Assembly (NCBI GenBank): GCA_038212275.1
Contig: JBBQUR010000017.1
Coordinates: 1 to 64,000 of the forward strand
DNA length: 64,000 nt
Source: Planctomycetota bacterium
GTDB lineage: Bacteria > Planctomycetota > B15-G4
Direction: 5' to 3'
Below are positions 29,156 through 39,354 of the stretch, piece after piece. The first letter of the stretch is position 1, and the number at the start of each line of letters is the position of its first letter. The translations under genes were made by a program, and so were the position numbers. Below the pieces are notes generated by a model. It worked only from the letters and a program-made list of their open reading frames with translations. It made no database searches and was not told the origin of the DNA.

Positions 29156-30850
29156 ATGCGGCAGATCCGCTGGATCGCGCTCTTCGTCTCGCTGCTTCTC
29201 TCGCCCGTCGCCGCCTTCGGCCAGCGGCACAACGTGCTGCTCATCATCGCCGACGATCTCGGCGTGGATCGCATTGGCGCCTACGCCGCCGTGCCTGATC
29301 CGGGGCACACGCCGCGCATCGACGCGCTCGCGGCGCACGGCGTGCTCTTCCAGCGGGCGTATGCGAATCCGGTGTGCTCGCCGACGCGCGCCACGTTGCT
29401 CACGGGCCGGTTCGCCTATCGCACCGGCATCGGCCTCGCGATGAACTACATCCTCGACACGTATGAACTCGCCGGATCCGAAGTGAGCCTGCCGCAGGTG
29501 CTGGCCCCCGTGACGCGCAGTTCGATCGTCGGCAAGTGGCACCTGTCCGCGCAGACCGTCGGCGGGCTGCTGCACCCGCTGCTGGTGGGCTTCGAGCACC
29601 ATCTCGGCTCGATCACGATCCTCGACGGATTCATCGGCAATGCCTACACGATGTTCTCGAAGAACATCGACGGCATCGAGTCGCCCGCGACCACCTACAA
29701 CACGACCGACATCGTGAACGACGCGCTCTCCCAGATCACGGCCTTCGGCAACGACCCGTGGTGCCTCTGGGTCGCGTTCAACGCGCCGCACGCGCCGTAT
29801 CACAAGCCGCCGGCGAACCTGCACACCTTCACGCTGCCGCCGTTGACCAACGCCACCACCGCGATCCACACCAAGGCCATGATCGAGGCCATGGACACCG
29901 AGATCGGCCGCCTGCTCGACAGCATGGATCCCGCAGTCCTCGCGAACACCGTCGTGATCTTCATCGGCGACAACGGCACCGACAAGCCGGCCGCGTCGCC
30001 GCCGATCATCCCCGACAAGGTCAAGGGCACCCTGTACGAGGGCGGCATCCACGTGCCGCTGATCATCTCGGGGCCGGGCGTGACATCTGGCGCTTCCTGC
30101 GCCGCGCTGGTCAACTCGACCGACCTGTTCGCCACCATCGCGGAGCTCTCCGAGGCACCGCACGACACGGCCACCGACTCGATCAGCCTGCGCCCCTATC
30201 TGGAGAACCCGGCACTGCCGTCTCTGCGCAACTTCGCCTACGCGGAGATCTTCCAGCCCAACGGCTTCGGCCCCTACGCATCGCGAAGGCGCACGGCGCT
30301 CAACGACCGCTTCAAGCTCATCTGGAACTACTCGCTCTCCGACACGCCCGGCACTCAGGAGTTCTACGACCTGCAGACCAACCCGACGGAGACGGTGAAC
30401 CTGCTGTTGTCGCCGCCGCTCGCACCGGATGCCCAGGCGGCGTACGCCGCGCTGCGGGCCGTGCTCGTCGAGCAGAAACTGCTCTGGTCCTCGCAGACGC
30501 ACGGCCTGGCGGGCACGACCGGCATCCCGACGCTCACGGGCACGGGCACACTGATCGCCGGAGCTCCCGTGACGCTGTCAGTGGAAGGCGCGCGCCCTTT
30601 CGCGCCGGCGACGATGGTCGTGGGCCTCTCGTACATCATCAAGAACTTCAAGGGCGGCGTCATGGTGCCGGCACCGGATCTCGTGCTCTCCGGCCTCATG
30701 ACCGACGAGTTCGGTTCGCTCGTGCTCCCCGCGAACTGGCCGGCCGGAGTGCCCTCCGACACGAACACCTACTACCAGTGCTGGCTCCTGGACCCGGCCG
30801 GCCCGGCGGGCCTTGCGGCCAGCAACGCGCTGCGCTCGTCCACACCCTGA
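29156..30850 (+). CDS. Secreted formylglycine-type sulfatase with the shared C-terminal domain
   Basis: NVLLIIADDLG, CSPTRATLLTGR (CxPxR), VGKWHL, APHAPYH, FIGDNG, KGTLYEGGIHVPL. Confidence 0.93.
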   Translation: MRQIRWIALFVSLLLSPVAAFGQRHNVLLIIADDLGVDRIGAYAAVPDPGHTPRIDALAAHGVLFQRAYANPVCSPTRATLLTGRFAYRTGIGLAMNYILDTYELAGSEVSLPQVLAPVTRSSIVGKWHLSAQTVGGLLHPLLVGFEHHLGSITILDGFIGNAYTMFSKNIDGIESPATTYNTTDIVNDALSQITAFGNDPWCLWVAFNAPHAPYHKPPANLHTFTLPPLTNATTAIHTKAMIEAMDTEIGRLLDSMDPAVLANTVVIFIGDNGTDKPAASPPIIPDKVKGTLYEGGIHVPLIISGPGVTSGASCAALVNSTDLFATIAELSEAPHDTATDSISLRPYLENPALPSLRNFAYAEIFQPNGFGPYASRRRTALNDRFKLIWNYSLSDTPGTQEFYDLQTNPTETVNLLLSPPLAPDAQAAYAALRAVLVEQKLLWSSQTHGLAGTTGIPTLTGTGTLIAGAPVTLSVEGARPFAPATMVVGLSYIIKNFKGGVMVPAPDLVLSGLMTDEFGSLVLPANWPAGVPSDTNTYYQCWLLDPAGPAGLAASNALRSSTP

Positions 30851-30938
30851 CGAGAGCATGCGCCGTGCGTGCGCAAGGCCGGCCTCGCGGCTCGCAACTC
30901 AGCAACTCGCCGGCCTCGCGGCGTCGGCCGCGCGGCGT

Positions 30939-31784
30939 TCAGGGGTCGATGAGGCCGACGATTTCCTCGCGCAGCGTGGACTCGTGCGTCCACGGCAGGA
31001 AGTGGTCCGCGCCGGTCAGCGACACGACCCTCACGCTTCGGGCATTCCCGAAGTGGCTCTGCATGAAGTCGACATTCGCGAAGGGCACCAGCGTGTCGGC
31101 CGTGCCATGCACGATGACGACGGGACAGGAGAGTCGCGGCAGCTGCGCCTGCAGAAGCTCCAGCTCCGCCTTGAACCCGTCCAGCTCGCGATTGCTGTTG
31201 CGCATCGGGCGCGAGAGCAGCGGTTCGAGCAGCGAGCCGACGTCGTTGTACCAGTGCAATTCCTCGAGGCCCGGATCGAGGTTCCCCGCGACGATGACCA
31301 GCCCGCCCACGCGCTCCGGCGCATCCGTGGCGACTCGCACCACGATCGGCCCGCCGAGAGAGTGCCCGATGAGAATCGGCCAGCGACCGCGCCGCTCCAC
31401 CAGCAGCGGCTCGATCGCGGCGGCTTGCAGCGCCAGCGAGGCGACCTCGCCTTCGGGTTCGCTGGAGCCGAAGCCGGGTCGATCCACCGCGATGGATTCC
31501 CAGCCGGGGATCGGGTCTGCGAGATAGTCGAGCCATGCCGTGGCGTCGCCCGGCGTGCCGTGCACGAAGATGAGGCGCGGGCCCTCCGGATCACCGGAAC
31601 GGAGATAGGCGAGCGTGCCGGTGGGCGCTTCGATCCGCTCGTGCAGCACGTGCGCGAAGCGCGGATCGTGCGGGTCGGGATCGGCCATCACGCAGCTCAG
31701 CGCGGTTGGTACGAGCAGCAGCGCGAGGATGGCCAGCGCGCCGAAGACGGCCGCAAGGCGCAGCCAGCGTGATCGGCGTCTCAT
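30939..31784 (-). CDS. Alpha/beta hydrolase, exported or membrane-anchored
   Basis: FVHGTPG, DRPGFG, GHSLGG, HGTADTLVP, ADHF. Confidence 0.9.
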   Translation of the reverse strand: MRRRSRWLRLAAVFGALAILALLLVPTALSCVMADPDPHDPRFAHVLHERIEAPTGTLAYLRSGDPEGPRLIFVHGTPGDATAWLDYLADPIPGWESIAVDRPGFGSSEPEGEVASLALQAAAIEPLLVERRGRWPILIGHSLGGPIVVRVATDAPERVGGLVIVAGNLDPGLEELHWYNDVGSLLEPLLSRPMRNSNRELDGFKAELELLQAQLPRLSCPVVIVHGTADTLVPFANVDFMQSHFGNARSVRVVSLTGADHFLPWTHESTLREEIVGLIDP

Positions 31785-31794
31785 GCCGGGCAGC

Positions 31795-32988
31795 TCACGT
31801 CGGACGAGGCCGATCGGAGGGCGTGGGCGGCAGCCGTGCGCCGCGCAGGATTGCGCCGGAGCCGAAGCGTTCGCGCACGGCATCGGTCGCGCGGTCCAGT
31901 GCACGACTGCGCTCCGCCTGCGCATCCACGAACAAGGCGCCTTGCCCGACGCCCGCGCCTAGCTGCCCGAGGCTGACTCCGATGAGCCTCACCGGCTGGA
32001 ACTCGCGCGCGGCCCAACGCTGCCAGAGAAGGCACGCGGTGTCGCACACCACGTCGGTGCGATCGGTCGGCTCCTCGAGCGTCATCGAGCGAGTCACCGT
32101 CTTGAACGCACCGTAGCGGATCTTGAGCGTGACGGTGCGCGCGAGCAGCGCGTGCCGGCGCAGCCGCACGACGACGCGCTCGGCCTGGCCGCGCAGCACA
32201 CTGCGCACCACGTCCGGATCTTCGAGGTCGCGCTCGAAGGTCTGCTCCGCTCCGAGGCTGCGCGCTGCGGAATCCGGCGTCACCGGCCGATCGTCCTCGC
32301 CGCGCGCAAGGCGCCACAGGTGTTCGCCTTCGGAGCCGAGGCGCGCGATGGCCCGGGCCTCCGTGAGTGTCGCGAGGTCCCCGAACGTGGCCAGGCCAAG
32401 CCGGCGCAGGCGCTCCTCCTGCACGGGGCCGACTCCCCACAGCCGGCCGATGGGCAGCGCAGCCACACGCGTGCCGATGTCGGCCGCCGTCAGTACGGTG
32501 AGCCCATCGGGCTTCTCCCAGTCGCTGGCGAGCTTGGCGAGAAACTTGTTGGGTGCGATGCCGACCGATGCCGTCAGCCCGGTGACCTCCCGCACGCGCC
32601 GCTTGAGTGCGGCGCCGATCTCCCGCGGCGTGCCGAAGAGGCGCTCGGTGCCGGTCACGTCCAGAAAGGCCTCGTCGATCGAGAGCGGCTCGACCAATGG
32701 CGTGACTTCTTCGAAGAGCGCGAACACGCGTTCGGAGAGTTCCCGGTAGCGTTCGCCGCGCGGCGGCACGATGACCGCGTGCGGGCAGCGGCGTTTCGCG
32801 ACCGCGACGGGCTGAGCCGAATGGCAGCCGAAGACGCGCGCCTCGTAGCTGGCCGCCGCGACGACGCCGCGCGGCCCGTCGTGCCCGACGAGCACCGGAC
32901 GGCCGGCGAGGCGCGGGTCATCGAGCTGCTCGACGGACGCGAAGAAGGCGTCCATGTCCACGTGCAGGATCGCCCGCTCGCCGCTCAC
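31795..32988 (-). CDS. dinB: DNA polymerase IV
   Basis: HVDMDAFFASVE, AASYEAR, PLSIDEAFLD, APNKFLAKLASD, TLKIRY; GTGA overlap with the upstream gene. Confidence 0.96.
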   Translation of the reverse strand: MSGERAILHVDMDAFFASVEQLDDPRLAGRPVLVGHDGPRGVVAAASYEARVFGCHSAQPVAVAKRRCPHAVIVPPRGERYRELSERVFALFEEVTPLVEPLSIDEAFLDVTGTERLFGTPREIGAALKRRVREVTGLTASVGIAPNKFLAKLASDWEKPDGLTVLTAADIGTRVAALPIGRLWGVGPVQEERLRRLGLATFGDLATLTEARAIARLGSEGEHLWRLARGEDDRPVTPDSAARSLGAEQTFERDLEDPDVVRSVLRGQAERVVVRLRRHALLARTVTLKIRYGAFKTVTRSMTLEEPTDRTDVVCDTACLLWQRWAAREFQPVRLIGVSLGQLGAGVGQGALFVDAQAERSRALDRATDAVRERFGSGAILRGARLPPTPSDRPRPT

Positions 32989-33974
32989 GAGGGCAGCAGT
33001 TCGCGTTCGCGCGCGACGCACTCGCGGAACAGCGACGCGAGGCGCCGCGTGAGCGGTCCCGGGGAGTCCGCCGGCCAGGCGCCCTTTCGGCCGTCCGGCC
33101 CGTCTCCGGGCGGAGAGATGCGGCGGCCGTCGATCGCCGCCACGTGAGCCAGCTCACCCATCGTGCCCGTCGTGAAAACTTCGTCCGCGACGTGGAATTC
33201 GGCCAGCGCAACGCGCCGCTCCTCGACGGGAATGTGCGCGGCGCGCGCGAGCTCCAGCACCACGCCGCGCGTGATGCCAGGGAGGCAGTGTTCGCCGAGC
33301 GGCGTGACCAGCGTGCCGCCGGCGACGAGAAACAGGTTGGTCGCGTTGGTCTCCGCCACGAAGCCTTCGACGTCGAGCATGATCGCGTCGTCGGCGCCCA
33401 CCGCGTTGGCCTCCAGCTTGGCGAGGATGTTGTTGAGCAGGTTGGCGTGATGGATGCGGCTGGGCAGGCACTGCGGCGCATGGCGCCTCACCGACGACGT
33501 GACGAGGTGCAACCCGCGCGATCCGTACACGGGCGGCTTCCATTCCGCGAGCACGATGAGGCAGCTGCCTTCGGTATTCCACGCCGGGCTCATGCCGGAA
33601 GTGAGCTTGCGACCGCGCGTCAGCGTGAGCCGGATGTGCGCGCCGTCGCGCATGCCGTTGGCAGCCAGCGTGGCGGCGATCGCGGCGCGGATCTCCGCGG
33701 CCGTCGGCACATGAGCGAAGGACAGCGCACGCGCGGACGCCGAGAGCCGTGCGAGGTGCGCGTCGAGGCGGAAGATCCCGCCGTCGTACACGCGCAGTCC
33801 TTCCCACACGGCATCGCCGCCCTGCACCGAGCTGTCGAAGACGGAGACGGTGGCCTCCGCACGCGGCCGCAGCGCTCCGTCCACCCAGACGAAGATGTCC
33901 GCGTTGCGCGGATCGGGCAGGGCCGTGCGCGGCGGCACGATCGAGTGCGCGTCGGGGCGACCGTCAGAGGGCAT
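32985..33974 (-). CDS. PLP-dependent aminotransferase class IV family protein
   Basis: VSVFDSSVQGGDAVWEGLRVY, HLARL, ETNATNLF, LPGITR, DEVFTTGT; IHHAN where the PLP-binding Lys is expected. Confidence 0.88.
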   Translation of the reverse strand: MPSDGRPDAHSIVPPRTALPDPRNADIFVWVDGALRPRAEATVSVFDSSVQGGDAVWEGLRVYDGGIFRLDAHLARLSASARALSFAHVPTAAEIRAAIAATLAANGMRDGAHIRLTLTRGRKLTSGMSPAWNTEGSCLIVLAEWKPPVYGSRGLHLVTSSVRRHAPQCLPSRIHHANLLNNILAKLEANAVGADDAIMLDVEGFVAETNATNLFLVAGGTLVTPLGEHCLPGITRGVVLELARAAHIPVEERRVALAEFHVADEVFTTGTMGELAHVAAIDGRRISPPGDGPDGRKGAWPADSPGPLTRRLASLFRECVARERELLPS

Positions 33975-34692
33975 GCGCCGACAACTCCTCGTAATGGGTG
34001 CGACAGGTGGCGAGCAGCGGCAGCAGCGCGGGGCGCAGGCGGCTCTCCGCGGGCCGGGCCGGAGCCACCCACGGCGAGAACCCCGTGGATCGGTGCACCG
34101 CGGCGTACCAGTGCGGCGCCCAGCAGCCGTCTTCCGGACGCGGCCCCGCTTCCCACGACAGCATCGAGTCCTCGAAGGGGAGGCCGAGCCGCGCGCAGAG
34201 CTTCGACAGCACGGCCTGCGGATCCTGCAGCAGGCGCCGGCTGTCGAGCACCGGCGGGTCCTGCCCCAGGGCGACCAGCCGCGCGAACAGCTGAGACTGC
34301 GCGGCGAGTCCCGTGTCGCGCAGCGTCGGAGTCTCCAGCACCGACGACAGCGAGGCCAGCATGTCGGCCGGTTCGCGCACGAGGAACACGTGGGCCGTGT
34401 GTGCGAGGAATACCCCGTCGAGTTCCACGAAGTGGTGCGCCATCTGCTTGCAGAACAGGACGGGCCGCGAGCAGGGGCCGAGGATCACGTCGCGGACGAC
34501 CCGCTCGCCATCCGGGTCCTGCGACGAGAGCACGGCCTCGCGCCCCGGATGCTCGGCGCCCGACACGCGCAGGTAGTGCGCGTACAGCGGCTCGTCCACC
34601 ACGGTGGTGTCCGAGCGCTGGGCAAACGAGTACATGAGCGCCGTCGAAACGTTGCGCGGTCCGGACCAGAGGGAAATGCGCAGCTTGGCCAT
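33964..34692 (-). CDS. Sulfotransferase-like P-loop protein (BCAT-associated type)
   Basis: LWSGPRNVSTALMYSFAQR, DEPLY, KQMAHH, MLSW, WAPHWY, STGF. Confidence 0.85.
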   Translation of the reverse strand: MAKLRISLWSGPRNVSTALMYSFAQRSDTTVVDEPLYAHYLRVSGAEHPGREAVLSSQDPDGERVVRDVILGPCSRPVLFCKQMAHHFVELDGVFLAHTAHVFLVREPADMLASLSSVLETPTLRDTGLAAQSQLFARLVALGQDPPVLDSRRLLQDPQAVLSKLCARLGLPFEDSMLSWEAGPRPEDGCWAPHWYAAVHRSTGFSPWVAPARPAESRLRPALLPLLATCRTHYEELSAHAL

Positions 34693-34768
34693 GATGCGTT
34701 CGACAGTGTAACCAGTCGCGCGCGGCCTCGGACGCCGGCGTGCGGCCGGCCTGTCGGCCTCCAGGCCT

Positions 34769-35125
34769 TCAGGTCGCGGGGCTGCTCTCGTGTTTCTGCG
34801 TGGCGTAGCCGACGATCATGCCCATGAGCGAACCGGGCAGCATGATCTCCCAGAAGTAAACCTGCCCGTTCTCGTTCGGCATGAGCGCGATGGGCGCCGC
34901 CAGCGCGGCGCCGATGGCAAGCCCCGCCACGAGCCCCAGCGGCAGCGAGCGGAACCTGCGCGCGAAGAAGCCCGTGGCCAGACCCGCCACCAGCCCCTTG
35001 AACGTGGAGCCGACGACGATCGTCGCGATCTGGTCCTTGACCTCGGGCGCCGAGAGCAGCGCACTGAGGCCATCGAAAATTCCGAGGACGCCTCCGAGCA
35101 GCAATCCGAACACGGGCTTGTTCAT
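34769..35125 (-). CDS. Small membrane protein with about 4 TM helices
   Basis: Hydrophobic GxxxG-rich segments; GGAG upstream of the ATG. Confidence 0.8.
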   Translation of the reverse strand: MNKPVFGLLLGGVLGIFDGLSALLSAPEVKDQIATIVVGSTFKGLVAGLATGFFARRFRSLPLGLVAGLAIGAALAAPIALMPNENGQVYFWEIMLPGSLMGMIVGYATQKHESSPAT

Positions 35126-35237
35126 GCGGGTTCTCCATTCTCCGGGGAAACGCCAGCGTCGAAGCTGGTCGTGGATGCGCGGCGGAGGCCGTCCTTCGGC
35201 TCCGCCGGGATCCTGTTCAACATCCGCGAGCGATCCT

Positions 35238-36320
35238 TCACCGAACCGGGAAGAAAAGAAGCGCCGCCCGGACGGCGAGGTATGCGAGCACCAGCAGCAG
35301 GGCCGTGCGGTGGCGACGCGCCAGTCGCAGAGCCCGCTCCCACGTCGCCTCGCGATAGGCCGACACCTGGCGGCCCGACAGGAAGTTGCGGAGATCGGCG
35401 CCCATCTCGCGGGCATCGGCGTAGCGCGACGCCTGCTCCGAAGCGAGCGCTTTGCGGCAGATGGCCGCGAGCGGCCGCGGCACCCCGGTGGCGCGCCAGG
35501 CCTCGGCGGAGGCGGGCACGGATCCCGTCAGCATCACGACCAGAAGCGCGCCCAGCGCATGGACGTCCGTGCGGCAGTCCATGCGATCGATCGCGCCGAC
35601 GGCCTGTTCGGGCGCCATGAAGCCCGGCGTTCCCAGCACGGTGCCGTGATCGGTGAGCGTGTCGTCATCCTCGGTGACGGCCCGAGCGAAGTCCCCTGCG
35701 CCGACGCGTGCGGTGTGCGTCGCCGCCGGCCACGTCACGGGACTTCCCGGAACCCCGGCAGAGTCGACAGCCTCGGCAGCGTCGTCGTGTTCGGCGGTAC
35801 GCGTGAGGCGCTTGGCCACGCCCCAATCCAGCACGAGCACCTCGCCGAATGCGCCCACCATGACGTTCGCGGGCTTCAGGTCGCGATGGATCACGCCGTG
35901 AGCATGGGCGAAGGCGAGCGTGTCGCAGAGTCTCTCCATGAGCGCGAGGCGTTCGCGCAACGGCGGCATCGTGCGCAGATGGTCGTCGAGCCGGCGGCCA
36001 CGCACGAGTTTCATCACGTAGTAAACACGCCCGTCTGGCAATTTCCCCACGTCGTAGACGGGCACGATGCCCGGGTGCTCCAGCCGCGCGATGATGCGTG
36101 CCTCGCGCACGAGCCGTTCGGCCAGGTCGGGAGCGAGCACCGCGTCATCGAGCAGCTTGAGCGCCACCTCGCGCCGAAGCTCCGTGTCCAGGACGCGATA
36201 GACGCGCGCCATGCCCCCGCGTCCCGCCAGGCCGAGCAGCTCATAGCGCGTGCCGCTCAGATCCGGCTCCGCGAGCAGGTCCCGGAGATGGTGCAGCGTG
36301 CGATCGGGCAGGAACGTCAT
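35238..36320 (-). CDS. Hanks-type Ser/Thr protein kinase with C-terminal TM helix
   Basis: GRGGMARVY, VALK, HPGIVPVYD, IHRDLKPANV, DWG, GTPGFMAPEQ; ATGA overlap with the sigma factor gene. Confidence 0.93.
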   Translation of the reverse strand: MTFLPDRTLHHLRDLLAEPDLSGTRYELLGLAGRGGMARVYRVLDTELRREVALKLLDDAVLAPDLAERLVREARIIARLEHPGIVPVYDVGKLPDGRVYYVMKLVRGRRLDDHLRTMPPLRERLALMERLCDTLAFAHAHGVIHRDLKPANVMVGAFGEVLVLDWGVAKRLTRTAEHDDAAEAVDSAGVPGSPVTWPAATHTARVGAGDFARAVTEDDDTLTDHGTVLGTPGFMAPEQAVGAIDRMDCRTDVHALGALLVVMLTGSVPASAEAWRATGVPRPLAAICRKALASEQASRYADAREMGADLRNFLSGRQVSAYREATWERALRLARRHRTALLLVLAYLAVRAALLFFPVR

Positions 36321-37093
36321 GTCGGCACGATGCCGAGCAGTTGCCTGGCCTCGTCGCGGAACTCCTCGTCGCTGCCGGTGATGTCGCGCAGCACGGCCAG
36401 CACCTGCACGCGAAACTCGCGTCGCGCCCAGCCGAGCTGGTGCGTGACCTGGGTGACGGGCTGGCCCGCCTCGACCGCCAGTTCCGCGTAGCTTGGCACC
36501 GCAGCGCCGTCCTCGACGAGGTCGTGTCGGAGGAAGAGAGTCAGGCTCGCGTCGCGCCCCGCTTCGCCGCAGCGTCGGCGCAAGCGCTCCAGCGCAAGCT
36601 CGAACAGGCTGCGGGTCCACTCGCGGTCGAAGACATCGCCAGGCGCTGTCCCGGCTGCCGGTTCGACGCCGGCACCGCCGGCGCGCGTGAGTTCGTCCTC
36701 CGCCGCGGCGAAGTCCAGCGACAACAACGCGAGGCCACCTCCGCGCTTCTGGCGCCCCGCTGCCTTGCGCTCGTTGCTCACGAAGCCGTCGAGGCACAGG
36801 CGCAGCCAGGTGCGGAAGCGCGCCCTGGCGGGATCGAAGGCCTGCAGCACGTCGCGCGCCAGCGCATGCGCGAAGAAGCCCTGCACCAGATCCTGAGCTT
36901 CCTCATGGTCCGCATGCCAGGTCAAGCGCACGTGCTTGTAGGCCGGCTTCCAGTAGCTCTCGATGAGTGCGCCCAGCGCCCGCTGTCGCTCTCCCGCGTC
37001 GAGGCTGCGGCTCCTGCCGATCGCCGAATGCCGCGTGGGCGGAAACGGGCCGCCGGCACCGTGGAGGCCGTCCGTGTCGATCGTTCCGCTCAT
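36317..37093 (-). CDS. ECF sigma factor, Ser/Thr-kinase-associated type
   Basis: FPPTRHS N-terminus, YWKPAY, AQDLVQGFF, RFRTWL, QKRGGG, FDREW, SYAELA HTH. Confidence 0.88.
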   Translation of the reverse strand: MSGTIDTDGLHGAGGPFPPTRHSAIGRSRSLDAGERQRALGALIESYWKPAYKHVRLTWHADHEEAQDLVQGFFAHALARDVLQAFDPARARFRTWLRLCLDGFVSNERKAAGRQKRGGGLALLSLDFAAAEDELTRAGGAGVEPAAGTAPGDVFDREWTRSLFELALERLRRRCGEAGRDASLTLFLRHDLVEDGAAVPSYAELAVEAGQPVTQVTHQLGWARREFRVQVLAVLRDITGSDEEFRDEARQLLGIVPT

Positions 37094-37182
37094 GCGCCCG
37101 CCCTGCAGGGTGCCGCGGCGCGACGGAGCCGCGTGCACGGTCGCCAGAGACTAGCGGACGGCCGGTGGCCGTGCGACGAAGC

Positions 37183-38865
37183 TCAGGGCGTGACCACCTG
37201 GAGCGCGTTGCTCGCGGACATGCCGGACTCGACGCCGGGATCCTGGCTCCACCATTGCATCGTGAGCGTGAGGCCTCCCGGCACTCCGGCGGGCCAGACG
37301 CCTGCGATGCTCAGCTTGCCGGCCGCGTCGGTCGGGATCGCCATCGAGATGAAATCGGGACGCGGCACCATCGTCGCCCCCTTGAAGGGTGCATTGATCA
37401 CGGCCAGGCCGACAACCAGTGCCGAAGGTGCGAACGGTGCGGCGCCGGCGAGCGAGAGCGAGTAAGGCTGCTCCGGATGCAGGTTTCCCTTCGCGGTGAA
37501 GAACTCGCTGCCCTGGTCCCCGGGCCCGCCGGACGCGGGGAGGCCGAGGTTGAGCCACACCGTCGCCGAGTACACGCGCGCCTCGCCGGTTCCGAGGCCG
37601 TTGACCGTGTTCGCGAAGGGCAGGCCGACGATGATGTCGTCATTCCCGTCGCCGTCCACATCGTGGCCGCCGCCGACGGCGTAGCCGAGCTGTTCGTTCG
37701 GGCCGCCGTGATAGGTGTAGAGCGCCTCGCCGGTGGCCCCGCTGAAGACGGTCGCTCCGCCGCAGTTGCTGCCGTCGCAATGATCGTGCGGTGCGCCGAC
37801 GATCAACTCGGGTCGGCCATCGCCGTTCATGTCACCCGCCCCGAAGACCGCCGTCCCGAACAGATCGCCCGCGGCCACGCCGTGGAACTCGCGCAGCAGC
37901 GTTCCGTCGGCTCCCGAGAAGAGGTAGGCGCCGCCGGAGTTCACGGCGCCGACGTCATCGAGCCTCGCGCCCACCGCGATGTCGTCCGTGCCGTCGCCAT
38001 TCACGTCGCCGGCGGCCGCGACCGAGGAGCCGAAGTCGTCCTCGTTCCCCGCACCGTGCCAGGTGAAGAGCGTCTGGCCGTCGGCGCCCGAGACCAGCCT
38101 CACGCTGCCGACCGTGATACCCGCCAAGGTGTCGCCGGGGCATCCCACCAGCAGGTCGGCGTGACCGTCGTGATTCACGTCGCCCGCACCGGCCACGGAG
38201 GCGCCGCAGCGGTCGTAGGCGGAGTCGCCGGTGATCAGGAAGAGCGTCATGCCCGTGGCCCCCGAGACGACGCGCGCGCTGCCCGAACTCAGGCCGTGCG
38301 GGTCGTCCGACGGCGCGCCGATGATGAGGTCATCGTGCCCGTCTCCGTCGACGTCGCCGGCACCGGCCACCGCGCTGCCGAAGTAGTCATAGGCGGAATC
38401 GCCCGACAGCGCGAAAAGCACGGCGCCCGTCGCGCCGGAGAACAGGGTCGCCGTCCCGCTGCCCTGCCCCATCACGTCGGCCTGCGGAGCTCCGACGACG
38501 AAATCCGGGAAGCCGTCGGCATCCGCATCGCCTGCTCCCGCCACCGCACGGCCGAAGTCGTCGCCGAGGCTCGTGCCCGAGATCGTCTTCATCGTGGCGC
38601 CCGTTCGGCCCGAGATGAGCAACACCGCTCCCGTCGGCCCCACGAAGATCGTCTGGAAGGCCGGTGCGCCCACGATCACATCGGCATATCCGTCGGCGTC
38701 GACGTCGCCCACGAAGGCCGTCGACGTCCCCCGGCCTTCGTCGACGGCGAGGCCCACCGAATCGATCAGGACAGCCTGTGCGCTCAACCGCGAGGCGCAC
38801 ACCAGCACGAGGCTGAGGCCGAGGCTGAGGCTGAGGTCATGGAAAGGCCGGGTCACGAAGTGCAT
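37183..38865 (-). CDS. Secreted FG-GAP (integrin-alpha-like beta-propeller) protein with the shared C-terminal domain
   Basis: Seven GDVxGDGxxDxxVGAP / FGxAVAGAG repeats; signal peptide. Confidence 0.92.
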   Translation of the reverse strand: MHFVTRPFHDLSLSLGLSLVLVCASRLSAQAVLIDSVGLAVDEGRGTSTAFVGDVDADGYADVIVGAPAFQTIFVGPTGAVLLISGRTGATMKTISGTSLGDDFGRAVAGAGDADADGFPDFVVGAPQADVMGQGSGTATLFSGATGAVLFALSGDSAYDYFGSAVAGAGDVDGDGHDDLIIGAPSDDPHGLSSGSARVVSGATGMTLFLITGDSAYDRCGASVAGAGDVNHDGHADLLVGCPGDTLAGITVGSVRLVSGADGQTLFTWHGAGNEDDFGSSVAAAGDVNGDGTDDIAVGARLDDVGAVNSGGAYLFSGADGTLLREFHGVAAGDLFGTAVFGAGDMNGDGRPELIVGAPHDHCDGSNCGGATVFSGATGEALYTYHGGPNEQLGYAVGGGHDVDGDGNDDIIVGLPFANTVNGLGTGEARVYSATVWLNLGLPASGGPGDQGSEFFTAKGNLHPEQPYSLSLAGAAPFAPSALVVGLAVINAPFKGATMVPRPDFISMAIPTDAAGKLSIAGVWPAGVPGGLTLTMQWWSQDPGVESGMSASNALQVVTP

Positions 38866-39310
38866 GTGTCTCCCTCCGGCGAGGGCCGTTGCCCGCGCCA
38901 CACGTCTCGGCGGTTTCTTGCGAAAGACGCGCGCCCGCTTTCACGACGCGTCCTGACGGACTCCGGGAACGGCCTCGATGCTGCACCGAACGGACGCGCG
39001 GGGAGTGACTCGCCGGTGACCAGTGACCAACGAGAGCGTGTCCGGGTTTCGCAACGTCGCAGGTAGAAGCCGGGCTCGTCGGAGTGACCGAAGCGCGGTG
39101 ATTCGAGTGCGACTCATGCAGCGGGGCTGCGGCACCATCCCGATCCGTGTGCCGCACGAAACACGGGATGTCGCGCACCCGCATCTCCGTCAGGCCAGGT
39201 GCTGCGCCAGACTTTCGTCAATCCTCCTGCGCCGAATCTCAAGAGGACATCAAGAAAAAGTCTGGCACCGATGAAGCGCAGATGGCCGGTGTCTCGGCTC
39301 CCGCTTCGTG

Positions 39311-39354
39311 GGGAATCGCCGCGAATCGTCGCGAACCGTCGCGAACCGTCGCGA
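39311..39354. repeat. 10-bp tandem repeat x4 (GCGAACCGTC consensus)
   Basis: gggaatcgcc gcgaatcgtc gcgaaccgtc gcgaaccgtc gcga. Confidence 0.8.

Noticed and set aside
27971..30502. 843-aa ORF-track call, and similar over-extended starts at 1491-3101, 17602-19170, 23774-25276, 56728-58656, 59906-61939 and 60850-63747
   Set aside because: The N-terminal extensions overlap other real genes; starts were reassigned using motifs, SD sites and stop/start overlaps.
31795..32988. dinB as a marker of a mobile element or mutagenesis cassette
   Set aside because: No imuA/imuB/dnaE2, integrase, transposase or terminal repeats nearby.
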